Assembly: GCA_964652755.1 (NCBI GenBank)
Contig: CAZZBP010000002.1
Location: 34,367 to 98,366, forward strand
Source: an uncultured Dehalococcoidia bacterium
GTDB lineage: Bacteria > Chloroflexota > Dehalococcoidia > Lucifugimonadales > UBA826
DNA length: 64,000 bases
Direction of reading: 5' to 3'
A program made the translations under genes and the position numbers. The number at the start of each line of letters is the position of its first letter. The stretch's first letter is position 1. Positions 44,597 through 53,946 of the stretch are shown one piece after another. The notes beneath the pieces were generated by a model. It was not told the DNA's origin and ran no database searches. It saw only the letters and a list, made by a program, of their open reading frames with translations.

Positions 44597-46291
44597 TTAT
44601 AAAGGTTGTGGCGAGTGGCTCTTCCATCTGTTAACCGCCGCTTGGGCACGAGGACTGATTTCATTTCGAATCCTCACGTTTAATAGTGCAGGACGTTCAA
44701 TTTGGAAAGCTCTCTTAAGTGCATCTTGAAGTTCAGAGGGATGCTCAACAAGTTCACCATGACCTCCCAGTGCCCGAACAACCTGATCATAACGAGAGGG
44801 GAGCAAGTCCGTAGCTACAGGTTTCCCGAATACCCCTAATTGTATTTGTCTGTCTATTCCCCAAGCTGAGTCATTACCCATGATTCCGACAATGGGAATA
44901 TGGTGTCTCACGGCGGTGTCATATTCCATTCCATTAAAACCGAATGCACCGTCACCTGTGAATACAATAACTCTGCGACCCGGGTAAGCGATTTTAGCGG
45001 CAATTGCTGTTGGGATTGCCTGTCCCAACATTCCGAGTGTGGGTAAATACCACCATGAGTTATGAGAATTTGACTGGTAGAAAGCCCGTCCGAAGTGACA
45101 GAAGTCGCCTCCGTCAAACACAAGTATGTCGTCGTCTCTAAGTTGCTGAGCCACAGATTGGTGAACATATGAAGCGTGCATGGGTGCTTCTGCAACAGCA
45201 AGTTCTGCGAGTTCCTTTCTCTGAGATTCTTGCTCTGATGCAAGGATATCCAGCCAATGGAGTTCCTCCCATGAATATTTTGCGGCCTCCTCCGCCATTT
45301 GATTCGCAACCTCCGACACATCGCCTACAATTCCAACATCCACACCACGGTTTCGACCTATAACAGATCCATCCGGGTCCACCTGTATGATGGTCGCATC
45401 TTTTGAGACGATCGGCGACATTGCGTACCCAACTATCAAGTCTTGTTTTCTTCCCATCAAAATAACAAGGTCCGCCTCCGCTATTTTCCTAGCGGCTTTG
45501 TTAAGACCGCTATCGAAGAACCCCCTGCTGTATTTATGCGAATCAGCGATTATTCCCCTCGCATCCCCTTCAGTCATAATGGGGAATCTGGTTGTTTCTA
45601 TTAGACGCTCCAATGCTGCTCCGGTTCGTGAATAGGAACCGGGGCTACCAACTATAATCAAGGGCCTTTTGGCGATCCTCATGAGCTCTACGGCGTTCGA
45701 TATTTGCTCTGTTGAGGCAGGGGTATATTGTGGTGAGCGATATTTCAACGTATCGTAGAAAGTGACGTCATCTTCGGACACCTCCATTTGTTGAACATCG
45801 ACCGGTATAGTTAGATGAACCGGTCCCCTTCTGCCGTCGAATGCAATTCGGATCGCGTGGGCGACCATATCTGGTATTCTCCGGGGATCTGTGACCATCC
45901 AACTTCCTTTAGTCGTAGGGCGAGCCATACCAACTTGGTCTATCTCCTGCATGGCACCTCTTCCCAGTTCCTCCAATTCTGCACAACCGCTAATGGATAG
46001 CAGAGGACTTTCTGAATGTAAGGCGTTGGCTAGTCCAGGTATTGAATTAGCAAAGCCGGGAGTCGTGTAGACAGCCACTCCTAATTTCCCTGTAAGACGG
46101 CCCCAAGCGTCTGCCATGTGAGTTGCGGCCTGTTCATGTCGAGTGTCATATAGTCGAAATCCCTCATCGCTCATTACATCGAGAGCAGGAAGTACGTGAT
46201 CTCCAGCTAATGTAAAAATATTTTCTACGCCTTCCATTTTTAAGGATTTTGCAATCAGATGACTTCCAGTTATTTTTCGTGATGTGGACAT
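44597..46291 (-). CDS. Thiamine-pyrophosphate-dependent enzyme (acetolactate synthase large subunit / oxalyl-CoA decarboxylase-like)
   Basis: The N-terminal pyrimidine-binding domain (..HEQAA.HMADAWGR.TGK..V...T.G.G..N..) and the C-terminal TPP motif GDGAFGFNGMEYDTAVRH are both present. Confidence 0.88.
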   Translation of the reverse strand: MSTSRKITGSHLIAKSLKMEGVENIFTLAGDHVLPALDVMSDEGFRLYDTRHEQAATHMADAWGRLTGKLGVAVYTTPGFANSIPGLANALHSESPLLSISGCAELEELGRGAMQEIDQVGMARPTTKGSWMVTDPRRIPDMVAHAIRIAFDGRRGPVHLTIPVDVQQMEVSEDDVTFYDTLKYRSPQYTPASTEQISNAVELMRIAKRPLIIVGSPGSYSRTGAALERLIETTRFPIMTEGDARGIIADSHKYSRGFFDSGLNKAARKIAEADLVILMGRKQDLIVGYAMSPIVSKDATIIQVDPDGSVIGRNRGVDVGIVGDVSEVANQMAEEAAKYSWEELHWLDILASEQESQRKELAELAVAEAPMHASYVHQSVAQQLRDDDILVFDGGDFCHFGRAFYQSNSHNSWWYLPTLGMLGQAIPTAIAAKIAYPGRRVIVFTGDGAFGFNGMEYDTAVRHHIPIVGIMGNDSAWGIDRQIQLGVFGKPVATDLLPSRYDQVVRALGGHGELVEHPSELQDALKRAFQIERPALLNVRIRNEISPRAQAAVNRWKSHSPQPL

Positions 46292-46441
46292 TTATGCTCC
46301 TAACAATTTTGATAGTCAGGTTTTTTGATTCGGCGACGCCGTGGGGATAGGTTTGTAATGTCTTAATTTTTGGTTGTTCATGTTGTCATGTCAAGGAGTG
46401 AAAAACTATCTAAAAGCGCTATTTGGATCGTTGGTTGATTG

Positions 46442-46471
46442 TTGTCTACTTGTTCCTGAGCGTGCTACAAT
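46442..46471 (+). promoter_or_regulatory. Candidate promoter of the rpsF-ssb-rpsR operon
   Basis: -35 TTGTCT lies at 46442-46447 and an extended -10 TGCTACAAT at 46463-46471, with an 18-nt spacer. It sits about 40 nt upstream of the rpsF start. Confidence 0.45.
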
Positions 46472-46511
46472 TAAGTGTGGTAATAATCAAGAATTTAAGG
46501 AGTTTTTTCGA

Positions 46512-46805
46512 TTGGCGAACCGAAAACGAGAATACGAGCTGGTACTAGCGATCACTCCTGTTGCTAACGAGGGTGAGGCAGCCGCTATTGTCGAAAGTGT
46601 TTCTGGATACATTGCCGATCAAGGTGGAGAGTTGTCAGAACAACAGACATGGGGTATCAGGCGTCTTTCCTTTCCAATTAACAAGTTCCAAGAAGGCAAC
46701 TATGTACGAGCTCTAGTCTCCTTGGAGGCATCTTCTGTAGCTGGATTGGAAAGAACACTGAAAGCGAACGAGGAGATTCTCGTTCACATGGTTTCCCGGA
46801 TCTAG
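46512..46805 (+). CDS. rpsF: 30S ribosomal protein S6
   Basis: ..REYELVLAITP.. and ..WG.RRL.F.I.K...G.Y.. match the S6 pattern. TTG 46512 has an AAGGAG RBS 10 nt upstream. The ORF track N-terminal extension (from 46374) is not S6-like. Confidence 0.88.
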   Translation: MANRKREYELVLAITPVANEGEAAAIVESVSGYIADQGGELSEQQTWGIRRLSFPINKFQEGNYVRALVSLEASSVAGLERTLKANEEILVHMVSRI

Positions 46806-46828
46806 TCCGGTCTCGGAGAATTGTCGTC

Positions 46829-47272
46829 GTGACGATGAACAAGATACTCATAATAGGAAACCTTGGTTCAGATCCCGAGATGAGGTATACGCCAAACGGT
46901 AACCCGGTAACTTCTTTTACCGTAGCTACAAACAGGCGTTATAAAACCGCGGATGGTGAAAATCGGGAGGAAACTGAGTGGTTTAGGGTTAGCGCTTGGA
47001 ATAGGCTCGCTGAGACCTGTAATCAGTACCTGCAGCGCGGTAGTAAAATATATGTTGAAGGACGGCTCAGCAGTCGGACATACACAGGGAATGATGGAGA
47101 GACCAGAGTTTCGTTGGATGTAAATGCATCTGAGGTTAGGTTTCTGGATAGTAGAAATTCCTCGGGGGGGGATTTGAGTGGGGGATTCGTTAGCTCAACA
47201 CAAGGGCAGCAATCTAGGGCCGGGTCAGAGTCCCCTGAGGAAGGAGAAGATTTTGACGACTTACACTGGTAA
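46829..47272 (+). CDS. ssb: Single-stranded DNA-binding protein
   Basis: MNKILIIGNLGSDPEMRYTPNG..V..F.VA.NR.. and ..TEWF.V..W..LAE.. motifs are present, followed by a Gly/Ser-rich linker and an acidic tail EEGEDFDDLHW. The start is GTG 46829 or ATG 46835. Confidence 0.93.
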   Translation: MTMNKILIIGNLGSDPEMRYTPNGNPVTSFTVATNRRYKTADGENREETEWFRVSAWNRLAETCNQYLQRGSKIYVEGRLSSRTYTGNDGETRVSLDVNASEVRFLDSRNSSGGDLSGGFVSSTQGQQSRAGSESPEEGEDFDDLHW

Positions 47273-47417
47273 TGATGATAATGAGAGCAGGAACACTTCA
47301 GTGCATGTTGGACCGTATCAGCTAATCAGTCTACTTCCACTGACGTACCCAAAATATTTAACGCGCAATATTTGAGAATTAAGCCACAAAGGAAATTTCA
47401 CCCATAGGGGATAGTGT

Positions 47418-47717
47418 ATGGCGATGCAGAATGAAAGACCACAAGCGAGAAGAGGTCGGCCAAGATTTTTTTCTAGACGAAAGGTATGTCAGTTCTGTGT
47501 GGATAAGGTTGACGGTATAGATTACAAAGATACGGATAAGCTCAAGAGATTGCTCTCTGACAGATTTATGATAGAGGCACGAAGAAAAACCGGAGTTTGT
47601 TCGAAACATCAGAGATTATTGGCAAGGGCCGTTAAGAAGGCGAGACAATTGTCCTTGCTTCCTTTCACTTCTTCGCACAAGGGCTCCTTTGCCATAAATT
47701 TCAGGCCAAGGAACTAG
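47418..47717 (+). CDS. rpsR: 30S ribosomal protein S18
   Basis: ..RRKVCQFC...V..IDYKD...L...LS.R..I..RR.TG.C.KHQR.LA.AVK.AR.L.LLPF are canonical S18 motifs. Confidence 0.93.
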   Translation: MAMQNERPQARRGRPRFFSRRKVCQFCVDKVDGIDYKDTDKLKRLLSDRFMIEARRKTGVCSKHQRLLARAVKKARQLSLLPFTSSHKGSFAINFRPRN

Positions 47718-47832
47718 CGGGTCGTAAACCATTTTTGACAAAGTGTGGCTTTTACAGGTCCGGTGATTCACTTATTACTTATTAGCGGGCGGAAGATATG
47801 TATTCTAGTCGACTCATTCTAAAGGTTGCTGA

Positions 47833-48957
47833 GTGGTTGACTTGACACCTAAGCGGACAGCCCCGACGCGTCTAGACAGGCGACGCGCTGCGATGATGCA
47901 TCCCCGTCTTCGCAGACGACAACGTTTGGTATTAGTGGCGATAGGTTTCGCTGTATCGGTGATATGTGCAATATTCTTAGCCGGGTATGTTATTGCCTTC
48001 GTTATGCCACCTCGAGAGCTTGTAGTGAGAGTTGATAATGTTGAGTACACGAGAGGTGATCTGGTAGAGCTAGTTCGTATACGCCAAAAAAGCGTCGAGT
48101 TTCTTGGAGAGCCTTTCGATGCCAGTTCCGCGGTCTTTGAAGCGTTACAGCTAATGGTTGAGAATGAAATAATAAGTCAAGTTGCTCCGGCTACGGGTAT
48201 AACAGTTAGTGAAACGGAAGTAGATACTCATATAGAAGCAATGATGAGGCCGGATGACTATGAGATTCTAGGAAAATCTGAAGACCAAATCTCCCGGGAA
48301 ACTCACGAACGATATTACTCTTATTTAAACACCATCCAGATAGATGAAGAAACTCACCGGCACATTGTGAGAAGCACCAGATTACGTCAAAAATTTCGAG
48401 AATATATAGGTGATTCCGTACCTTTTGTCGCTGAACAAGTCCATTTGTACAGGATCGTGATGCCTGTGAACGGCGAAATAGACATTATGAATATCAAATA
48501 CCAGGATGCAGTGCGGGACGTAGAAGATCCCATCGGTTTACAGATGGCTTATCTTGAAATAGTGAGAGAGTTCTCGATTGATCTCCCTGAGACCGTCAGG
48601 CGTGGCGGCGAAATAGGCTGGATTGCGAGGGATGTAATATCGGATTATGAATACATGTTTTTTGACCTTGAACCGGGAGAACTGAGTGATCCCATACCCA
48701 ATAGCGAAGATCCCAATGAAGTCTTCTTTTTCATGATTAGTGAACGTCACAAAGCTAGAGAGCTATCGCCAGGGATAAGAGAAGAATTAAAGACCAAGGC
48801 TTTACAGGAATGGGTAAATAAAGAACGCAAATCACATGATGTCTACGCTGTGTTTAATTCTGAAATCTATGGATGGGTTTTTGAGCAGCTGAGACTGAGT
48901 TCTGCTGCCGCTACTCCTACTCCAGACCCGTTTCAGGGAATCTTGAGCGGTATGTAG
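47833..48957 (+). CDS. Membrane-anchored peptidyl-prolyl isomerase (SurA/PrsA-like, parvulin domain)
   Basis: It has an N-terminal basic stretch plus one TM segment, a SurA-N-like helical region, and a parvulin-like block (..RRGGEIGWIARD...FFDLEPGELSDPI..). GTG start. Confidence 0.7.
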   Translation: MVDLTPKRTAPTRLDRRRAAMMHPRLRRRQRLVLVAIGFAVSVICAIFLAGYVIAFVMPPRELVVRVDNVEYTRGDLVELVRIRQKSVEFLGEPFDASSAVFEALQLMVENEIISQVAPATGITVSETEVDTHIEAMMRPDDYEILGKSEDQISRETHERYYSYLNTIQIDEETHRHIVRSTRLRQKFREYIGDSVPFVAEQVHLYRIVMPVNGEIDIMNIKYQDAVRDVEDPIGLQMAYLEIVREFSIDLPETVRRGGEIGWIARDVISDYEYMFFDLEPGELSDPIPNSEDPNEVFFFMISERHKARELSPGIREELKTKALQEWVNKERKSHDVYAVFNSEIYGWVFEQLRLSSAAATPTPDPFQGILSGM

Positions 48958-48968
48958 GAACAAATGTA

Positions 48969-50261
48969 ATGGTCAAAAGAATCGGTATTGGGCTTCTTGG
49001 CATGGGAGTTGTTGGTGGTGGGGTAGCACGCATAATTTCTGAGAAGAGTGATTTACTTGAACGACAAATTGGTGCAAAACTGGATCTCCGGGGTGTTTTA
49101 GTCAGGAACCAGAATAAACCGAGATCCTTCCAACTACCTGAAGGCAGGTTCGTAGATTCATCCGAGTCAATACTGGGAGACTCCAACGTAGACATCGTTG
49201 TCGAACTGATGGGTGGGGAAGAACCAGCGTTAAGTTATATTCTCAAAGCAGTAAGTAATGGTAAACATGTCGTCACCGCCAATAAAGAGGTGATGGCAAA
49301 GCACGGACCTGCCATATTTGATGCTGCAAGAAAAAGAGATGTGCGGGTACTATTTGAAGCGAGTGTAGCGGGTGGGACACCAATCGTATCTCCTCTGATG
49401 AGGGATTTGGTTTCGAATGATGTCAAGTCTATAAAAGCAATAATTAACGGCACTACAAACTACATATTAACGAGAATGGCAAACGAGCAAGCGGATTATG
49501 AGGAAGTGCTTCAAGCGGCACAAGCCTTAGGATATGCGGAGTCTGATCCAACTAACGATGTCGAAGGTATAGATGCCTCATATAAATTAGCGATTCTTTC
49601 TACACTGGCCTTTAGGGCGCAGGTAAAAAACACGGATGTACATTACGAAGGAATCACTCGTTTAACTGCTCAGGATTTCCTGTATTCCGATGAGTTGGGC
49701 TACTCGATCAAACTTTTGGCAATCTCTACTCGGGTCGACAGCCAGGTTCAAGCCAGAGTTCACCCAGCATTGGTTGATAAAAACCAAATGCTTGCGAAAG
49801 TTGACGGCGTGCTCAATGCAGTTGAGGTTGAAACGGACCTCGCTAGTAGTGTCATGTTTTATGGCCCGGGTGCAGGCGAAATGCCGACCGCTAGTGCGGT
49901 TGTCGCTGATATAGTGAATATTGGAAGGAATATAGCGGGTAACGCGGCGTTTCTTGACCCTGTGCGGCTGTCGGAGCAGATCACCGTACAACCTATGTCT
50001 GAGTTGATATCTGAATACTATTTACGACTTGAAGCCAAAGACCAGCCAGGGGTTTTGGCGAAGATTGCCTCTGTTTTGGCAGGGAACGGTATTAGCATAT
50101 CGTCTTTTTTGCAGAAAGGTTCTAACCAACAGAAGGGCACTGCAGAAATGGTTATAATGACCCATGAGGCACGTGAGGAGGCCATTCAAAAGGCTCTAGA
50201 TAGCATTAGTAATCTAGATGTAGTGGCAAATATAGCTAATATGATCCGGGTCGTTAAATGA
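48969..50261 (+). CDS. hom: Homoserine dehydrogenase with a C-terminal ACT domain
   Basis: ..IGIGLLGMGVVGGGV.. (the NAD-binding motif), ..VVTANK.., ..FEASVAGG.PI.., ..I.GI.NGTTNYIL..M and ..A...GYAE.DPT.DVEG.D.. motifs are present. Confidence 0.93.
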   Translation: MVKRIGIGLLGMGVVGGGVARIISEKSDLLERQIGAKLDLRGVLVRNQNKPRSFQLPEGRFVDSSESILGDSNVDIVVELMGGEEPALSYILKAVSNGKHVVTANKEVMAKHGPAIFDAARKRDVRVLFEASVAGGTPIVSPLMRDLVSNDVKSIKAIINGTTNYILTRMANEQADYEEVLQAAQALGYAESDPTNDVEGIDASYKLAILSTLAFRAQVKNTDVHYEGITRLTAQDFLYSDELGYSIKLLAISTRVDSQVQARVHPALVDKNQMLAKVDGVLNAVEVETDLASSVMFYGPGAGEMPTASAVVADIVNIGRNIAGNAAFLDPVRLSEQITVQPMSELISEYYLRLEAKDQPGVLAKIASVLAGNGISISSFLQKGSNQQKGTAEMVIMTHEAREEAIQKALDSISNLDVVANIANMIRVVK

Positions 50262-50282
50262 TATAGACATGGGAGTGGCCTG

Positions 50283-50630
50283 ATGAACAAAGCTACTTTT
50301 TACACTTGGAGTCGCTGAAGTACTTGCAAGAAAGTGAGGGTGGAACTCTTGCAGGCAGGTCTTGATATTCAAGAAAGAGATTTCTTTAAAGACCCGTTTT
50401 CACGGGAAGAAATGCATAATCTCTTAGGTGAAAAAGATCCTTCGGATTTCTTTTCATTTAGAAGCCCTTCTTTTCGAAAATTAGGTATTGAAAGAAATTC
50501 ACTGAACCGTGACAGATTGATAGAACTTATGCTAAGTGAACCTCGACTAATTAGGAGACCTATAATTTCAATTGGCACACAAGCCATCGTTGGAACAGAC
50601 AGGAAATCATTAGCCGAAATACTTGGGTGA
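50283..50630 (+). CDS. Spx/ArsC/YffB-family thioredoxin-fold protein with in-frame TGA (50316-50318) at the CxxC active site; candidate selenoprotein (UxxC)
   Basis: Manual translation from ATG 50283 (GGGAG RBS 7 nt upstream) gives MNKATFYTWSR-TGA-STCKKVRVELLQAGLDIQERDFFKDP.., continuous with the track ORF 50334..50630. The family motifs ..S.RS..F.KL.. and ..L.RRPII.. are present. The TGA aligns with the first Cys of the family CxxC. Confidence 0.7.
50323..50355 (+). promoter_or_regulatory. SECIS-like hairpin immediately 3' of the in-frame UGA
   Basis: The lower stem CTTGCAAG(50323-30)/CTTGCAGG(50348-55) has 8 bp including one G-U pair. The upper stem is AGT/ACT with a 2-nt AA bulge, and the G-rich 9-nt apical loop is GAGGGTGGA. 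The hairpin starts 5 nt after the UGA, and the loop lies about 18 nt after it. Confidence 0.55.
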
Positions 50631-50722
50631 TTAGATAAATCTCTCTCTTGTCTATGCTAAATTTATTTATTCAGCTGATAGTAATTTGATATTGTGTCCT
50701 TTCAAATTGCGATGAGTGAGCA

Positions 50723-51531
50723 ATGATTGGTTTACATGGAAAGCATGCGATTGTAACTGGTGGTGGAAGGGGAATTGGAAAGGGTATTAGTGAAACTCTT
50801 GCGAGACTAGGGGCCAGTTTTTGTTGCCGACATAGAACTTTCCTCCGCTGAATTGACCATCCAAACGCTTGCAGGGGATGGTCAATTCCTATGCGGTATT
50901 GTAAATGTTACAGAGACATCTACAGTTAAGCATTTGATTGAGGATGATATAAAAACTTTTGGGAAAATCGACGGACTCGTCAATAATGCTGGCATCAATG
51001 GAACGGGAGAATGGTGGGAACGTGAGACTCCCAATGATAAAAGCTGGTCCAGAGTTCATGAAGTCAATGTTAGGGAAGTTGTTCGTGTGTCAGAATTAAT
51101 TGTCCCGCACATGAAAAAACGTAAATATGGAAAGATTGTCAACATAGCTTCAATCGCGGCTCGTCAAGGCAGCTCAGATCTTCCACATTACAGCTCGACG
51201 AAAGCTGCTGTGGTGAGTTGGACTAAGTCTAACGCACTCCAACGCGCTCCCTTTGACGTTAATGTTAACGCGATCTTGCCCGAGGTTTCTTTGGGCTCTG
51301 ATATGGGAGTCAATAGCGAGAAAACGTGCAAGATTTGGAGATCAAACTTTGGAACTGGTAAATTCCACCGGCAGAGAAGTGTTTGAGCAAATAGTAGAAC
51401 AATGGATTCCTATGAAAAGGGAGCAAACACCTGAAGATATAGGTAACATGGCCGCTTTCTTAGCTTCCGACATGGCACGTAATATCACCGGTCAGGCCAT
51501 CAATGTTGATGGTGGAAGATTTATGAATTAG
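50723..51531 (+). pseudogene. Short-chain dehydrogenase/reductase (SDR) disrupted by two +1 frameshifts
   Basis: Frame A (from ATG 50723) gives MIGLHGKHAIVTGGGRGIGKGISETLARLGA.. (the TGxxxGxG motif) and stops at 50849-51. Frame B (50853..) carries ..NNAG.., ..S..A..G....YSSTKAA.. (YxxxK) and ..VNVNAILP. Frame C (to 51531) carries ..FLWALIWE.. and ..[29 protein letters not shown]... The shifts map to the T5 run at 50818-22 and to CCCGAGGTTT at 51279-88. Confidence 0.8.
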
Positions 51532-53071
51532 GATGTTGGACCTTCATAGAAATACATGGAAGAATCGCAATAAGGCAAACAACTGCCCCGGCAAAATAAA
51601 AATCGCTGAAAAGATTGACACCGGCATCCGTGACATCAATTTGGAATTGAGCCGATTTTTCTGCAATTTGCTGGGCAGTGTCACTGGGCGAAGGTAAAGG
51701 AAGTTCTATTCCCGATAACGAATCCTGGAACTTTCCGGCTCCCCATGCTGATAACGCTGCGATCCCAAAGGGCATTCCTATAAATCTTGAAGTTGATATT
51801 ATTCCCGAAGCTGCCCCTTTCATCGCCTCATTTGTTGAATTCAATGCGGCTAGGGTGATGGGGGCTATTAATAGGCCGAATCCGAATCCTGCAGTCACTA
51901 GTGGGATTGTCATCCATGGGTCGTTGATAGTTTGGTCCCATCCACTCATGATAAACAGAGAGATGCTACATAGAACTAGACCTAGGATAGATGGGATTCT
52001 CAAATCGTGATTTTTGCAAATAAATCCCCCGACAATCGCTCCCGCCGGTATTACAACTGTGAGTCTTCCCAACATTAGCCCTCCGTCCAAGGGCGATCCT
52101 TGAAGGATTGTGTTAGCCATGAGTGGAATAGTCACCATAGTTATTATTAATCCTGCGCCATATAAGATATGTACCATATTGGCTGCGGTAAATCCTATGT
52201 TTCGGAAAAGTGTAATAGGAATTATAGGATCGGAAATGCTTAATGCCCGTACGGCGTACGCGGCAAACATTGAGGTTCCTGTTCCAAAATATAGATACAT
52301 CCATTTGCCCGGGTTATCTGATTGAGAAAAGCCTAACGTTAAAAGGCATAAACCCACGACTATGAAAACTGACCCGAGGTAGTCTACAGGAACTTGAATT
52401 CTAACCGTTTTGGGGAACATCAAATAAATTCCTAAGAGTACAGCAGCGGCTACGGGTAAGTTGAGCCAGAAAACCCACTGCCAGTCAAGAAACCTGGTTA
52501 CTACTCCTCCCCATAGAGGACCTATCACGGCCCCGGCTTCAGCCGCGGCACCGGTGATTCCTAAGGGGACACCTCTCTGGTTGGCTTTAAATAAATCACT
52601 CACCATCGCAATAGAAACAGGTACTAATGCTCCCGCCCCGATAGCTTGCAGAATCCTTGTTGAGATCACCCATTCAATATTGGAAGTAATCTCGGGTATG
52701 GCAAGAATAACGGAATCAGTCGAAGAAAATTGACTAACGGGTATTTCGTACATCCAACCAAAAGAGCCTGTTAAAGCTGTGCCTGTAGAACCAATAACAA
52801 ATACAACCATAGCGATCGCATATACGGTTCTTCGCCCAAGGATATCGGAAAGCCTGCCCGTAATTGGCATTATGGCAACATAGCCAAGTAAATATCCTGT
52901 AACGGTCCAACCTGCACGATGTAGCTCAGATACTTCCACTCTCAGATCCGACATGATCTGAGGAAGAATTGTGACTACTACGGTTTGATCGTCTGCAGCA
53001 AAGAAAACTCCCGCCATTACCGGTATAAGGGTGACGTAAGCACGAAAGTTAGTTTGGCTGCTTTTTTTCAA
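51521..53071 (-). CDS. 14-TM MFS efflux transporter, P55 (Rv1410c)-like
   Basis: 516 aa. By eye it is close to mycobacterial P55: ..[49 protein letters not shown].. and ..[17 protein letters not shown]... It lies directly downstream of an LprG-like lipoprotein gene, with a 3-nt gap. Confidence 0.8.
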   Translation of the reverse strand: MKKSSQTNFRAYVTLIPVMAGVFFAADDQTVVVTILPQIMSDLRVEVSELHRAGWTVTGYLLGYVAIMPITGRLSDILGRRTVYAIAMVVFVIGSTGTALTGSFGWMYEIPVSQFSSTDSVILAIPEITSNIEWVISTRILQAIGAGALVPVSIAMVSDLFKANQRGVPLGITGAAAEAGAVIGPLWGGVVTRFLDWQWVFWLNLPVAAAVLLGIYLMFPKTVRIQVPVDYLGSVFIVVGLCLLTLGFSQSDNPGKWMYLYFGTGTSMFAAYAVRALSISDPIIPITLFRNIGFTAANMVHILYGAGLIITMVTIPLMANTILQGSPLDGGLMLGRLTVVIPAGAIVGGFICKNHDLRIPSILGLVLCSISLFIMSGWDQTINDPWMTIPLVTAGFGFGLLIAPITLAALNSTNEAMKGAASGIISTSRFIGMPFGIAALSAWGAGKFQDSLSGIELPLPSPSDTAQQIAEKSAQFQIDVTDAGVNLFSDFYFAGAVVCLIAILPCISMKVQHPNS

Positions 53072-53074
53072 TCA

Positions 53075-53815
53075 CTACTCCGTTTCCGGCTCGGCTATAT
53101 ATAAAGGCTGATTAAACCTGGAAATTTCAATGATCCTAACGAGGCCGTCTTCGTCTAATTTATTTAGGCGGCCTGTTACACGCACGTTTGTTAGCAAATA
53201 GGAATCACGGGATATGGAAATTTCGGCTGTGACATCGTTGTCAGTGGTTTCACCCAGTAGGGGCGAGAAAGAAGGGGCAGGAATCTCGCCACGGATTATG
53301 TATCTGTCGTCGTTAGATTCAATCAATTGAGGGTCGAGCATGCTGTCCATAATAGATGAGATCCCTTTTTGCGGGTCAAAGAAATTCAATAATCCAATCT
53401 CTGATTCAACCTTCTCCCATTCCTTTGTTAGTGGATTAAGTATGAAAGTTTTTTCATCAATAGTTACTATTCCTCCTTTGGTAGCGATGTTTCCTAAAAG
53501 CATCGTTGCTTCAACTGAAATCATATTGGGTTTCTCAATCAGGCCAACCGCCTCCACTAACAAGAAACCCTCCATGGGAGATCCAGCCCCTTTGCGATGG
53601 CTAAGATCGAACTTAAATGACTTGAGTTCCGCCATAATGTTTTTGGAGGAATCTATAATGATTGAAGGATTAACCTTAATCGGAGTGGGAGATAGTTGCA
53701 TGTGACCGGAAGACAGCTCTGTCTCACGACAGGAAATTGTGGCCAAGATAATAAGGGGCAATATAAAGAAAACCGGAGTAACCGACCCTTTTCTGATTCT
53801 TCGAGAATACCGCAT
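53075..53815 (-). CDS. LppX/LprAFG-family (LprG-like, LolA-fold) lipoprotein
   Basis: It has a signal peptide with a lipobox-like ..LATISC. The body parallels LprG by eye (..MAELKSFKFDL.., ..IVTIDEKTFILNPLTKEW.., ..FFDPQKGISSIM.., ..IIRGEI.., C-terminal ..IIEISRFNQPLYIAEP). Confidence 0.65.
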   Translation of the reverse strand: MRYSRRIRKGSVTPVFFILPLIILATISCRETELSSGHMQLSPTPIKVNPSIIIDSSKNIMAELKSFKFDLSHRKGAGSPMEGFLLVEAVGLIEKPNMISVEATMLLGNIATKGGIVTIDEKTFILNPLTKEWEKVESEIGLLNFFDPQKGISSIMDSMLDPQLIESNDDRYIIRGEIPAPSFSPLLGETTDNDVTAEISISRDSYLLTNVRVTGRLNKLDEDGLVRIIEISRFNQPLYIAEPETE

Positions 53816-53850
53816 ATCAGTGGACTCGAAGGTTTACAAACCCCTCATAA

Positions 53851-53888
53851 GATAAAAGAACTCTGCTAACCAGCAGAGTTCTTTTATC
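53851..53888 (-). terminator. Perfect 17-bp hairpin between the surface-protein gene and the lprG-like gene (intrinsic terminator or attenuator)
   Basis: The sequence is GATAAAAGAACTCTGCT-GGTT-AGCAGAGTTCTTTTATC (minus-strand reading), with a U-rich 3' side (TTCTTTTATCTTAT). It lies 59 nt after the upstream stop and only 35 nt before the lprG-like ATG. Confidence 0.7.
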
Positions 53889-53946
53889 TAAGTCTTCTTT
53901 TTTCACACAGCCTAGTGTGGTTGGATTACTTGTCCTAAAGTGTTAA

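Noticed and set aside
46374-46511. The N-terminal 46-codon extension of the S6 ORF given by the ORF track.
   Set aside because: The extension is not S6-like and contains the predicted promoter. TTG 46512 has a strong AAGGAG RBS and gives a canonical S6 N-terminus.
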